A DNA stretch of 64,000 nt from Flavobacteriales bacterium. Lineage in GTDB: Bacteria > Bacteroidota > Bacteroidia > Flavobacteriales_D > Crocinitomicaceae. Of the stretch, positions 49,617-58,630 are shown in pieces. A program made the position numbers and the translations under genes. The notes below the pieces were generated by a model that was not told where the DNA came from, did no database searches, and worked only from the letters and a program-made list of their open reading frames with translations. Positions within the stretch are counted from its first letter, which is position 1. Each line of letters begins with the position of its first letter. Location of the stretch: assembly GCA_947497485.1 (NCBI GenBank), contig CANMHB010000012.1, positions 25,917 to 89,916 of the forward strand. Reading direction: 5' to 3'.

Positions 49617-50846
49617 ATGTCAAAAATTAAAGTTGCAAACCCCGTAGTAGAATTAGATGGCGATGAAATGACGCGCATCATTTGGAAATTCATCAAGGAT
49701 AAATTGATTTTACCATATATTGATGTGGATATCAAATATTATGACTTGGGTATCGAAAAACGCGATGAAACAAATGATCAAATTACGGTTGATGCTGCTG
49801 AGGCGATTAAAAAATATAAAGTTGGAATCAAATGTGCGACAATTACACCTGATGAAGCGCGTGTAAAGGAATTCAATTTGAAATCCATGTGGAAATCTCC
49901 GAATGGAACTATTCGAAATATTTTAGATGGAACTGTTTTCCGTGAGCCAATTGTTATGCAAAATGTACCTCGTTTGGTTACCAATTGGACTGCTCCTATT
50001 ATCGTGGGTCGTCACGCTTTCGGCGATCAGTACCGTGCGACAGATGCTGTTTTCAAAGGAAAAGGGAAATTAACGATGACTTTCACTCCTGAGGATGGAG
50101 GGGAAACGCAAACTTTCGAAGTTTACAACTTTAAAGGTGATGGTGTTGGAATGGCTATGTACAATACAGATGAATCAATCCGTGGGTTTGCTTATAGTTG
50201 TTTTAATATGGCGCTTTCAAAAAAATGGCCACTCTATTTATCAACTAAAAACACCATTCTAAAAAAATATGATGGTCGCTTCAAAGATATTTTCGAAGAA
50301 ATTTATCAAAATGAATTTAAGTCGAAATTTGAAGCTGCAGGGATCGTTTATGAACACCGTTTGATAGATGACATGGTTGCTTCTGCATTAAAATGGAATG
50401 GAAATTTCGTTTGGGCATGTAAAAATTATGACGGTGACGTTCAATCGGATACTGTTGCACAAGGATTTGGTTCCCTTGGGTTAATGACATCTGTATTAAT
50501 TACACCTGATGGCGAGATCATGGAGGCTGAGGCAGCTCATGGAACAGTTACTCGCCACTACCGCGATCACCAGGCAGGCAAGAAAACTTCAACGAATCCA
50601 ATTGCGTCTATTTTCGCTTGGACAAGAGGTTTGGCTTTTCGTGGTAAGCTAGATGGAAATCAAGAATTAATCAATTTTTGTGATACTTTAGAAAAAGTGT
50701 GCGTTGAAGTAGTTGAATCTGGGGTAATGACCAAAGATTTAGCGGTTTGTATCCATGGGAACAAGGTAAATCATGGTGAGCACTATGTTTATACTGAAGA
50801 ATTTCTCGATGCGCTCGACAATGGATTGAAATCAAAAATGAATTAA
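49617..50846 (+). CDS. icd: NADP-dependent isocitrate dehydrogenase (eukaryotic IDH1/2-like type)
   Basis: Lies in ORF 49593..50846. From the ATG at 49617 it reads [23 protein letters not shown]..., the canonical IDH1-like N-terminus. The NYDGDVQSD motif is present. Confidence 0.92.
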   Translation: MSKIKVANPVVELDGDEMTRIIWKFIKDKLILPYIDVDIKYYDLGIEKRDETNDQITVDAAEAIKKYKVGIKCATITPDEARVKEFNLKSMWKSPNGTIRNILDGTVFREPIVMQNVPRLVTNWTAPIIVGRHAFGDQYRATDAVFKGKGKLTMTFTPEDGGETQTFEVYNFKGDGVGMAMYNTDESIRGFAYSCFNMALSKKWPLYLSTKNTILKKYDGRFKDIFEEIYQNEFKSKFEAAGIVYEHRLIDDMVASALKWNGNFVWACKNYDGDVQSDTVAQGFGSLGLMTSVLITPDGEIMEAEAAHGTVTRHYRDHQAGKKTSTNPIASIFAWTRGLAFRGKLDGNQELINFCDTLEKVCVEVVESGVMTKDLAVCIHGNKVNHGEHYVYTEEFLDALDNGLKSKMN

Positions 50847-50850
50847 ATCT

Positions 50851-50874
50851 AAGGCTCTTCGGAGCCTTTTTTTA
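50851..50874 (+). terminator. Rho-independent terminator after icd
   Basis: aaggctc-ttcg-gagcctt hairpin followed by tttttt, starting 5 nt after the icd stop. Confidence 0.7.
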
Positions 50875-50881
50875 TAGATAG

Positions 50882-52267
50882 ATGAGCAAGATTTTATTAT
50901 TTTTCGCCTTATTTCTGTTATTTGCTTGCAAAACAATTGAGCCGCTTGCGCCTATTAAAAGCGTAAAACCCATTCCTGAAATTGGTGAAGTAAAATCAAC
51001 GATTAATATCCCCATTGAAATAAGCCTAAAAAGTCAATTAGAGGAAACAGAAAAAGCGTTACCTAAAACTTTTGAAGGGAAAGAGCAGCAGTGTGATGGA
51101 GTTAGTTTTGAGTACAAATTCAATCGTGAACCAATTGATTTTCAATTTAAAAAGTCATCAATTTACTATGAAGTTGATGGTAAATTTCAACTAAAACTTA
51201 ATTATTGCCCATCTTGCGTTAATTTATTTGGGAAAGAATCTTGCACTGTGCCTCGGGTTTATGCCAGTTGTGGCGCGAACGGAGAGCCAATGAGGAAAGT
51301 TACCGTTGGATATAACTCCGAAATCACGCTAAATTCCAATTATAAATTTCAGTCCAAAACAGAACTAAAGAAGTTTGATATTCACGATCCTTGTGAAATA
51401 ACCGTATTCAAATACGATGCAACAGGAAAAGTGAAGAAGGAAGTTAAAAAACAACTCGAAAACTTGGAAAAAGACATTGATAAACAAATCGAAGCAATAA
51501 ACATTAAGTCGCAATTGGAAGAGGCTTGGTCTGAACTTCAGAAACCAATGGCTATAGACAAATATGGATTTCTCTACCTAAAACCCAATAGCATTTCAAT
51601 GAGTGATTTGAAATTTGAAAACAAGAAAGTTCGCTTGAATTTAAGTTTGAATATTGCTCCGTTTGTATCAACGGATCCCGTATCGTTGAAAAACGGCAAT
51701 TTACCAAATTTGACGGAATACAAAAATGAAAATGGATTTGATTTAACCCTCGACATTCGCTCTTCATACGATTCGCTTTCCTCTTTTGTAAATAGCACAA
51801 TTAAAGGCTATGTTTTCGAATTCAAAAACAAGAAAATCACTGTTCAAAGCCTTCAAATCGAAGGAGCTCAAGAGTCAAAAATTCTTTTCAAAATGACTTT
51901 TGATGGCGCAAAAAAAGGCGTTTTATTTCTAACAGGTATTCCGAAAATTGATTCAATGAAACAGCAATTATATATGGAAAATGTGGAATTTGATGTTAAA
52001 ACAAAGAGTTTGTTACTGAAATCTGCTAAATGGTTATTTAGCGACCGAATTACCTACGAACTCCAGAAGAATGCTGTTTTTGATATGAAGACATTAATTG
52101 CAGATGCAAAGAATGAAATTAACAAACAACTTAACACCTCTTTAACAGAGGGTGTTCTGATGAGCGGAAACTTAGATAAAATGATTATTAACGAATTGTT
52201 TTTAGACGAAAAAAATCTTGTTTTCCGATCAAAATTAAACGGAAACTTGAAACTAAAAATAGAGTGA
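50882..52267 (+). CDS. Hypothetical lipoprotein, possibly DUF4403-like
   Basis: 461-aa ORF with the lipoprotein signal LFLLFAC. Its size and the early motif STINIPIEISLKSQLEE recall DUF4403. Unverified. Confidence 0.55.
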   Translation: MSKILLFFALFLLFACKTIEPLAPIKSVKPIPEIGEVKSTINIPIEISLKSQLEETEKALPKTFEGKEQQCDGVSFEYKFNREPIDFQFKKSSIYYEVDGKFQLKLNYCPSCVNLFGKESCTVPRVYASCGANGEPMRKVTVGYNSEITLNSNYKFQSKTELKKFDIHDPCEITVFKYDATGKVKKEVKKQLENLEKDIDKQIEAINIKSQLEEAWSELQKPMAIDKYGFLYLKPNSISMSDLKFENKKVRLNLSLNIAPFVSTDPVSLKNGNLPNLTEYKNENGFDLTLDIRSSYDSLSSFVNSTIKGYVFEFKNKKITVQSLQIEGAQESKILFKMTFDGAKKGVLFLTGIPKIDSMKQQLYMENVEFDVKTKSLLLKSAKWLFSDRITYELQKNAVFDMKTLIADAKNEINKQLNTSLTEGVLMSGNLDKMIINELFLDEKNLVFRSKLNGNLKLKIE

Positions 52268-52283
52268 TTCGTTAAAGTCATTT

Positions 52284-53429
52284 GTGAAACTATATGTTTT
52301 TCTAGGTCTTTTTTGGATTTATTCTTTTGTTGCATTCTCTCAAAAGATAGATTATGGATCATGTTCTGGACAAGTTCTAGTAAGTGTAAATGCAAACTAT
52401 AAGTTAAATTTCCCGAGCTATAAAGGAATAGACAAATCGAATCTTTTTGGTTATTTGTCAGGAAATCTTGTTTCAAGAAATGCGATTTGGATTTGTTATG
52501 AACCAGAAAATAATGGGGATTTGAAGGTGAATTGTAAAACGAATATCGATAGTTTGCATTTTGTTGTTTTTAAAACAGATATCTCTGACGCTTGCCATGA
52601 TATTCAAAGCAAGAAAGCCGAGGTCATTTTTACAAAAGCCAATACAAATTGCTCTGAATTTGAAAATGCCAAAATGGAACTTAAATCGGGTTATAAATAT
52701 AGTTTCGTTTTCCTAGCAAAAGAAAAAATTACAGACAACATAGATGTTCAACTTGACTACCTTGAAAAAGGTGAAGATGGTGGTGAATTGCTCGATACAT
52801 TGAGTTTGAATTTAGTTTATGACCGAAATAAACCAATTTATTCCGTTCATATTTTAGACGAACTTACCAGAAAGCCAATCAAATCGAGAATCGTGATTTC
52901 TAATGCGGATGAATTAGACGGCACCTACAAAGCAAGTGATTTGTTTTTGAATTATAAAAAGCAAGTAAAGGAAGCTGTTTTAAAAGTTGATGCTGAAGGT
53001 TATCTTTCGAAAGACCTAACTAAGCATAAAATTATCCTTGCTAATAGAGTCTCAGATACGATTCTCCTTACACAGGTAAAACGTGGTACAATTGCAAAAT
53101 TAGATGAAATCTACTTTGCTGCAGGGCTAGCCATTATCTTAGAAGAATCGGATCCCAAATTGAAGCGATTAAGAGACTTCATGATACTTAATCCTTCAGT
53201 AAATATCGAAATTCAGGGACATGTAAATGATGATAGTAAGCGTGGATTATTATCAAAAAGACTTTCAAAACGGCGAGCTCAACGAATTTTAAGTTATTTG
53301 GTTGATTGTGGAATCTCTGAAAGTCGGCTGTCTGCTGTTGGATTTGGAAATTCAAAACCCGTTTATAAAAACCCAAAGAGTGACGAGGAGAAAGAAGCCA
53401 ATAGGCGAGTGGAGATTTTGATTAAGTGA
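52284..53429 (+). CDS. OmpA family protein (peptidoglycan-binding C-terminal domain)
   Basis: 381-aa ORF with a GTG start and a signal peptide. It has a canonical OmpA C-terminal domain (IEIQGHVNDD...LSKRRAQRILSYLVDCGI...GFGNSKP...ANRRVEILIK). Confidence 0.8.
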   Translation: MKLYVFLGLFWIYSFVAFSQKIDYGSCSGQVLVSVNANYKLNFPSYKGIDKSNLFGYLSGNLVSRNAIWICYEPENNGDLKVNCKTNIDSLHFVVFKTDISDACHDIQSKKAEVIFTKANTNCSEFENAKMELKSGYKYSFVFLAKEKITDNIDVQLDYLEKGEDGGELLDTLSLNLVYDRNKPIYSVHILDELTRKPIKSRIVISNADELDGTYKASDLFLNYKKQVKEAVLKVDAEGYLSKDLTKHKIILANRVSDTILLTQVKRGTIAKLDEIYFAAGLAIILEESDPKLKRLRDFMILNPSVNIEIQGHVNDDSKRGLLSKRLSKRRAQRILSYLVDCGISESRLSAVGFGNSKPVYKNPKSDEEKEANRRVEILIK

Positions 53430-53509
53430 TTAAATGTATTTATTGTAAATATTTCTCATAAATTAATTAGTAGAATTTATTTGTTATTTTTATCTGGAAA
53501 ATAACAGAT

Positions 53510-54451
53510 TTGAGTGAATTAAATATCTATATTGTAATTTTAATAGTTGCAGTTGTCTTCGTCAACTCATCTTTTAGTTTTTTAAAAAGTTCTAGTGTTT
53601 CCTTTAATCAAAACCTATTAATCATTGAGAAATTAACTACCTATTCAACAAAACCCAAAAATTATAGAAATACGCCGAAAGGATATGCTACATTTGGTTA
53701 TGTGGTTCAAGGTAGTATAAACAATGAACTAGCCACGTTTGAATATAAGTTTCCATTTATTGATAATCGAAATGTGACGTTTAAAGCTGAAATACATGCT
53801 AAAAATATGTCTTCAACGGTCAGTAGTTTTGGAGCTCATAATTCTTATTTTGCAACAGTTAATGATTATGGTCGTTTACAATCCACAGATCATTCGTTTC
53901 TGCTCAGAAATATGAATAAAGACGGCTTTTTTTATCGATCAGCAAAAGCCTATGATTACGGTGTGAACTACAATGAAATTATAGCTCAATCTAAGGATTT
54001 GACTTTGGAAATAGCTCGATTCATTAAAAATGAGTTGGAAGGAAATTACACGTACGAAAATTGTGTTGCAGCTGCCTTGAATTTTGTTCAATATATTCCT
54101 TACGGTCAACCAGAATTCGATGCGGGAGAATACACCTATTTTGGAGTTTCCATTCCGCATGAGTCATTTGTAATCTCATATTGCGATTGCGATAGTAAAT
54201 CGGTTTTGCTTTGCGGAATTCTTCAGCACTTACTTGAATTCCCTGAGGATAATTTGATTATGGTTTATTGTACGATGGAAAAAGAGCATCACATGATTGT
54301 TGGTGTTCACGGACTAAATTATCCTGGGCAGAGACATATTCATAATGGTAGAGAATACTTATTATTAGAAACGACGGTTCCAATATCTTTGCACCAACAG
54401 CTTAATAATAAGTTTGAAAATATTCATGTGTATAATCTTGAGATGGTATGA
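53510..54451 (+). CDS. Operon gene A: N-terminally TM-anchored protein with a transglutaminase/papain-like Cys-His-Glu signature
   Basis: 313-aa ORF with a TTG start, the first start codon in the open frame. TM helix IYIVILIVAVVFV. Motifs ALNFVQYIPYG, YCDCDSKSVLLCGIL (Cys227), HHMIVGVHG (His261) and LLETT (Glu287). Paralogous to gene H at 59592. Confidence 0.6.
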   Translation: MSELNIYIVILIVAVVFVNSSFSFLKSSSVSFNQNLLIIEKLTTYSTKPKNYRNTPKGYATFGYVVQGSINNELATFEYKFPFIDNRNVTFKAEIHAKNMSSTVSSFGAHNSYFATVNDYGRLQSTDHSFLLRNMNKDGFFYRSAKAYDYGVNYNEIIAQSKDLTLEIARFIKNELEGNYTYENCVAAALNFVQYIPYGQPEFDAGEYTYFGVSIPHESFVISYCDCDSKSVLLCGILQHLLEFPEDNLIMVYCTMEKEHHMIVGVHGLNYPGQRHIHNGREYLLLETTVPISLHQQLNNKFENIHVYNLEMV

Positions 54452-55230
54452 TTGCGTTTTTTGAATGGTTCGCATCTTTAGAATCCTATCAAGCATGGAT
54501 TTTATTTGCAGGTGTTGCATTCCTAATGGCAATAACGCCATATTTTTCTTTATTGAAGCGGTTGACTTGGCTTTTTTTTTCTCGAGAGAAACCTCAAATA
54601 ATTGACTTCAGTTGGAGAATATCGCCCGATTTTTTGATTTTTGAGGATAAGGATAAACAACTTTATTACCAAAGTCAATCTAAGTATGTATTTCAAGGTT
54701 GTCCAATTATTCTTTCATGGAATGTGAAAGGAGCCTATCGTATTGATATTCAGCCAAATTTTAAGGATTTAAAGGAAAATAGCCTTATTGCAATTGTGAA
54801 GCCAACTGGAAATAATTTTACCTTAATTGCTTATACTTTGAAGGGTAAAATCGAGCAAAAAGTGACTATTTCCGATGAACAAGTACTTCGTTTGAATACC
54901 TCAAATCTTGGAGGAGCAAACGCATTCGCACAACCAATAAAAAGGATTAAAGAATCATCCCTTAGTGAGGACTTGCCAATAAAATTGCATCTCCCAAAAT
55001 ATAGTGGATTAATTTTCACAAAACTGTCTAGGCTTAAGGGAAGACTTCTGGGGATAGATAAAATTTCAACTATTGAGCCTGCTAATAAACGGATTCAATA
55101 CAAAAGCGATCTTAATAGCGATAAAATGCAACTAAATAATTACATTTATAAGCAGAAAATTGTAAAAGGTTTTGATTTTAAGCCTTCAAAATATAACCAA
55201 GTATTAAACCAGAATAACAAAATAAAATAA
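54448..55230 (+). CDS. Operon gene B: TM-anchored hypothetical protein with a beta-rich domain
   Basis: 260-aa ORF with an ATGA overlap to gene A. TM helix WILFAGVAFLMAITPYF. Beta-sandwich-like stretch CPIILSWNVKGAYRIDIQP...FTLIAYTLKGKIEQKVTI. Confidence 0.6.
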   Translation: MIAFFEWFASLESYQAWILFAGVAFLMAITPYFSLLKRLTWLFFSREKPQIIDFSWRISPDFLIFEDKDKQLYYQSQSKYVFQGCPIILSWNVKGAYRIDIQPNFKDLKENSLIAIVKPTGNNFTLIAYTLKGKIEQKVTISDEQVLRLNTSNLGGANAFAQPIKRIKESSLSEDLPIKLHLPKYSGLIFTKLSRLKGRLLGIDKISTIEPANKRIQYKSDLNSDKMQLNNYIYKQKIVKGFDFKPSKYNQVLNQNNKIK

Positions 55231-55232
55231 GT

Positions 55233-56441
55233 ATGAGCCAAGAAAGTAGCAATATCGGCATGAATGAACTTGTAGATTACAAGAAAAAAGAATACAAAGG
55301 GATTTCGAAAGTAGTAACCCATTTTTTATGGAAATGTGCTGGAGTAGATAAGCAAATTCTTGAATATACCCCCTATTATGACCATGTTAAGTATGCTGGT
55401 ATTGGCGGAATTGTGCTTGCTACAGGCTTTCTTGCTTTTATTTCAATGTCATTTGCAATATGGTATATTTTCCAATCAATTTGGATATCGTTATTCATTG
55501 GTGTTGTATGGGGAATAATAATTTTCAATTTAGATAGATTCATTATTTCTGGAACAGGTAAAGGTGATGGAAAAGAAAATATTGGTTGGCAGGAAATTTG
55601 GCCTGGAGGAATAATTAGAATTATTATGGCTACAATATTAGGTTTCACAATTTCTGCACCTTTGGAGGTATATATTTTTCAAAAGGAAATCGATAAACAA
55701 TTTTATAAATTAGATCAGTTAGAACAGAAAGCAGAAATTGAGAAGATTGAGAAAATTTATACCAAATCTCCTGAATTTTCCAAATTGAATAAAGACAAAG
55801 ATCTACTTGAAGGTGAAGTTAGAAAACTTGAAGAAGAGCGTGAAAAATATCAAACGTTGGCTGCTTCCGAAAATAAAACCGAAAACGGTGGATGCGGTCC
55901 AAAATGCGAGGAATTCAAAAGAATGGCAAATGATGTGTTAAGTCGAATTACGGAAAGAAAAGATAAAATCAATGTGATTGATAAAAAGTTAGACGTTTTT
56001 GAAAAAAATAAAAATGAAAAAGTAAAAAATCTTAGTAAGGTTAATAATTCTGCACATGGCTTGTTAGATAGAATATTGGCATTAGACGAAATTCCTGGAT
56101 CATCCATTCCAACCTGGATGGTTCGTCTGATGTTTGTTATTATTGAAGTTGCTCCAATTTTCTTTAAAATGATGCTTGTCAAATCATCCTATAATTGGAT
56201 GGAGGAAAATGTAGCTCAAATTCTAGAAGCCAAGCAAGGTATTTCATTACACGAGGTAACAGATGAAAATAATAACATGCATCGTTATAGAGAGAATTAT
56301 AATGCCATTCGTATAGCAGAAGTAGCTAGGCATCAGAATGAGCTCGAAAAGGAAAATTCCAAACACGCCATGAATCTATATGCCGCCAAGGAGAAAGGTG
56401 AAATGGATAATGACATCGATAAGTTTATCAAGAATGATTAA
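55233..56441 (+). CDS. Operon gene C: DUF4407 domain membrane protein with a central coiled coil
   Basis: 402-aa ORF starting 2 nt after gene B. The N-terminus FLWKCAGVDKQILEYTP...KYAGIGGIVLATG...WGIIIFNLDRFIIS matches the DUF4407 signature as I recall it. It has a long Lys/Glu-rich coiled coil and a further TM helix (MVRLMFVIIEVAPIFF). Confidence 0.8.
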   Translation: MSQESSNIGMNELVDYKKKEYKGISKVVTHFLWKCAGVDKQILEYTPYYDHVKYAGIGGIVLATGFLAFISMSFAIWYIFQSIWISLFIGVVWGIIIFNLDRFIISGTGKGDGKENIGWQEIWPGGIIRIIMATILGFTISAPLEVYIFQKEIDKQFYKLDQLEQKAEIEKIEKIYTKSPEFSKLNKDKDLLEGEVRKLEEEREKYQTLAASENKTENGGCGPKCEEFKRMANDVLSRITERKDKINVIDKKLDVFEKNKNEKVKNLSKVNNSAHGLLDRILALDEIPGSSIPTWMVRLMFVIIEVAPIFFKMMLVKSSYNWMEENVAQILEAKQGISLHEVTDENNNMHRYRENYNAIRIAEVARHQNELEKENSKHAMNLYAAKEKGEMDNDIDKFIKND

Positions 56442-56465
56442 ACCTAATTAAGTGTAATTAGGCAG

Positions 56466-57518
56466 ATGCAAGGTCCGTTCATCGTTTTTGGCGAATTCAA
56501 AGGATTGTTTAAAACAAGGCAAGGTGCTCCGTTGGGAAAGACGGAGGAATTGCCCGTTGACAATACGCACAAGGTTCAAGTGTATCAAGGCACGTTGGAT
56601 CAAGTTGAATTTCATACTGACTTTGAACCAGATACTTACCGTAAGCTTGGTAGTTTTATTCTTCTAAACGTACCAAATGTTACGATAAGACCCGGGCAAA
56701 ATGGTCCTTTTACTGGTGAACGACTTTATACGTTTACACAATTAATTCTTATCGATCCTAAGATCTTAAAAACATATGAAATAAATGGTGAAACCTATGG
56801 TGAGATAGCTTCCAAGGCATACGGAAAAACATTCAGCGAACCGCAATTAGGTCGATTGAAACCAGATCCATTCGACAATACTGGTTATAGTATGCAAGAT
56901 CAATGGTGGCGAAATCGTTTTTTCAATGATGGAATAAACGGATGTGGAACGCTGCTAAATGGTTGTTTAGCTAATTTTTGGAAGATTCTTGGTTTTCTTT
57001 TACTACTTCTTTTACTTTTGGGTCTGATGAAAGCATGCAATTCCATCGCTAATGATGATAAGGCATGTTCGGATGCGGAAAAAGCTCGATTACGGAAAGA
57101 GCGTATTAAACAAGAATTGGATAGTACAAGGCGAGAATATGATTTGAATTTAAAAAAAGCATTGTCAAACATATCGACCATTTATTTTTATCAGAATTCA
57201 ACAGATTTACATGCTAATTCCTCAGGAATTAATGGGACTTTAGACCGTTTAAGCCAAGTCATGCAAAGTTACAAGGACAAAACGTTCTTTTTGGTTGGAC
57301 ATCATGCTGGAAGAATTGAAAACAAACTTATTGACTCCTTAAGGGCTGAAAAAGTAAAGTCTCTTTTGATTCAAGATGGAGTGAATGGATCACAACTTAT
57401 AACAAAAAGAAGATTTGATAAAGACGCGAAAAATTTGCCTTTGGATGATTTCATGGATGAAAACGGAATCAGGAAATATAACAAAAATATGTCGGTGACG
57501 ATAGAAGTAAAAAAATAG
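56466..57518 (+). CDS. Operon gene D: single-pass membrane protein with a divergent OmpA/MotB-like C-terminal domain
   Basis: 350-aa ORF. Its N-domain is shared with gene E. It has a Cys-rich juxtamembrane segment and a poly-Leu TM helix (GCGTLLNGCLANFWKILGFLLLLLLLLGLM), then a coiled coil. The C-terminus IYFYQNSTDL...FFLVGHHAG...SLRAEKVKSLLIQDGV...NMSVTIEV follows the OmpA-like pattern with altered key residues. Confidence 0.6.
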   Translation: MQGPFIVFGEFKGLFKTRQGAPLGKTEELPVDNTHKVQVYQGTLDQVEFHTDFEPDTYRKLGSFILLNVPNVTIRPGQNGPFTGERLYTFTQLILIDPKILKTYEINGETYGEIASKAYGKTFSEPQLGRLKPDPFDNTGYSMQDQWWRNRFFNDGINGCGTLLNGCLANFWKILGFLLLLLLLLGLMKACNSIANDDKACSDAEKARLRKERIKQELDSTRREYDLNLKKALSNISTIYFYQNSTDLHANSSGINGTLDRLSQVMQSYKDKTFFLVGHHAGRIENKLIDSLRAEKVKSLLIQDGVNGSQLITKRRFDKDAKNLPLDDFMDENGIRKYNKNMSVTIEVKK

Positions 57519-57523
57519 ATTAA

Positions 57524-58630
57524 ATGTCGGTTGGTGCGTATAAATATTTAGTTAAAGGAACTTTTGAAGGAACATTTACCACACTTCAAGATGAACCTTT
57601 ACTTATATCCTCCGAACTGCCAAAAGGCGACGAACACAAAATCAAAATTCATAGAGGAATTATTACTAATTCTGAGGAAATTTCGGAAGAAGAATATCAA
57701 AATGCAGTTGGTGCTTTATCGTTCAATGAGATTAACAAGATTGAAATTCAAACGAGTGAAAAATGGCCATTACGACATGATCGAATTTTCACGTTGAACA
57801 ACGCAAAAATTAAGGATTTTCAAATAACGGATGTAGAATTCCTTAACAATAAAACAATCGCGACCATTAAGGGGACAGTTTTTTCAAAAGTTAGTGAGGG
57901 AAATTTTAAGGATTTGAATTTCACGAATAACGAAAATTCAAATGATACTAAAAACAATCAATGGAACGATCAGAGATGGAAAAAAGATTGGGGATTAGGA
58001 ATCGGAAATAATGGATGTTTGCCTAGTGCTCCAAATTTTAATTCTAGTGGTTGTGGAGGCTCAGGATGTTTACTTTGGTTGAGGTGGCTGCTCTTTATTC
58101 TGTTATTGTTGTTTTTACTTTGGCTGATCAGTCGCTGCACGGAATTCGGTCATAAACTGGATTGCTATTATAAGAACTGGAAGGAAAATAGAGAAATTAA
58201 AGACTTGGAGGAGGCCAAAAAAGAATTAGAGCTGAGTATGGATAAAACCAAGAAAACAATTCAGCCATGTGGTCAAATAAATGATCCAAACGGCAAAAAT
58301 ATTCCGAAGTCATACACATTTGATCTGGGTGAAACCAGCGGGACGGTTCGCATAAAGTACAATATGTATCAAATTCCTGATCGGGTAGAAGTGATTTATG
58401 ACGGGGAACTTGTTGATGTCACGGATGATCAAAACTTTGAGCCAGTAATAGTGAATAAGAAAAAACATAATTTGAATTACCTCATTCCAATGGGATTTGC
58501 ACAAGGAGAAGGAGAATTGAAATTTGATTACAACTATGACAAAAATAAGCCCACTGAACTTTTGATCCGCGTCATTCCAAGCAGAGAATTTGATCAAACA
58601 GAATGGACACTCAATATTTTTTGCCCATGA
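57524..58630 (+). CDS. Operon gene E: single-pass membrane protein, paralog of D in the N-domain and TM region, with a distinct beta-rich C-terminal domain
   Basis: 368-aa ORF starting 5 nt after gene D. Motifs shared with D: ELPxxxxHK[VI]x[VI]xxG and [DE]R[IL][FY]T[FL]. TM region GCGGSGCLLWLRWLLFILLLLFLLWLI. C-terminus GTVRIKYNMYQIPDRVEVIYDGELV. Confidence 0.6.
   Translation: MSVGAYKYLVKGTFEGTFTTLQDEPLLISSELPKGDEHKIKIHRGIITNSEEISEEEYQNAVGALSFNEINKIEIQTSEKWPLRHDRIFTLNNAKIKDFQITDVEFLNNKTIATIKGTVFSKVSEGNFKDLNFTNNENSNDTKNNQWNDQRWKKDWGLGIGNNGCLPSAPNFNSSGCGGSGCLLWLRWLLFILLLLFLLWLISRCTEFGHKLDCYYKNWKENREIKDLEEAKKELELSMDKTKKTIQPCGQINDPNGKNIPKSYTFDLGETSGTVRIKYNMYQIPDRVEVIYDGELVDVTDDQNFEPVIVNKKKHNLNYLIPMGFAQGEGELKFDYNYDKNKPTELLIRVIPSREFDQTEWTLNIFCP

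Noticed and set aside
52054-52476. 140-aa minus-strand ORF spanning the junction of the lipoprotein and OmpA genes.
   Set aside because: It is antisense to two well-formed + strand genes and has low-complexity, Ser/Phe/Leu-rich composition. Likely spurious.
55233-57518. Interpretation of genes C and D as a Zorya-like ZorA/ZorB or MotA/MotB stator pair.
   Set aside because: Gene D has MotB-like topology, but no protein here shows the MotA/ExbB/TolQ helix pattern or a conserved TM Asp context that I can recognise. No ZorC/D-like genes follow. This is kept only as a loose analogy.
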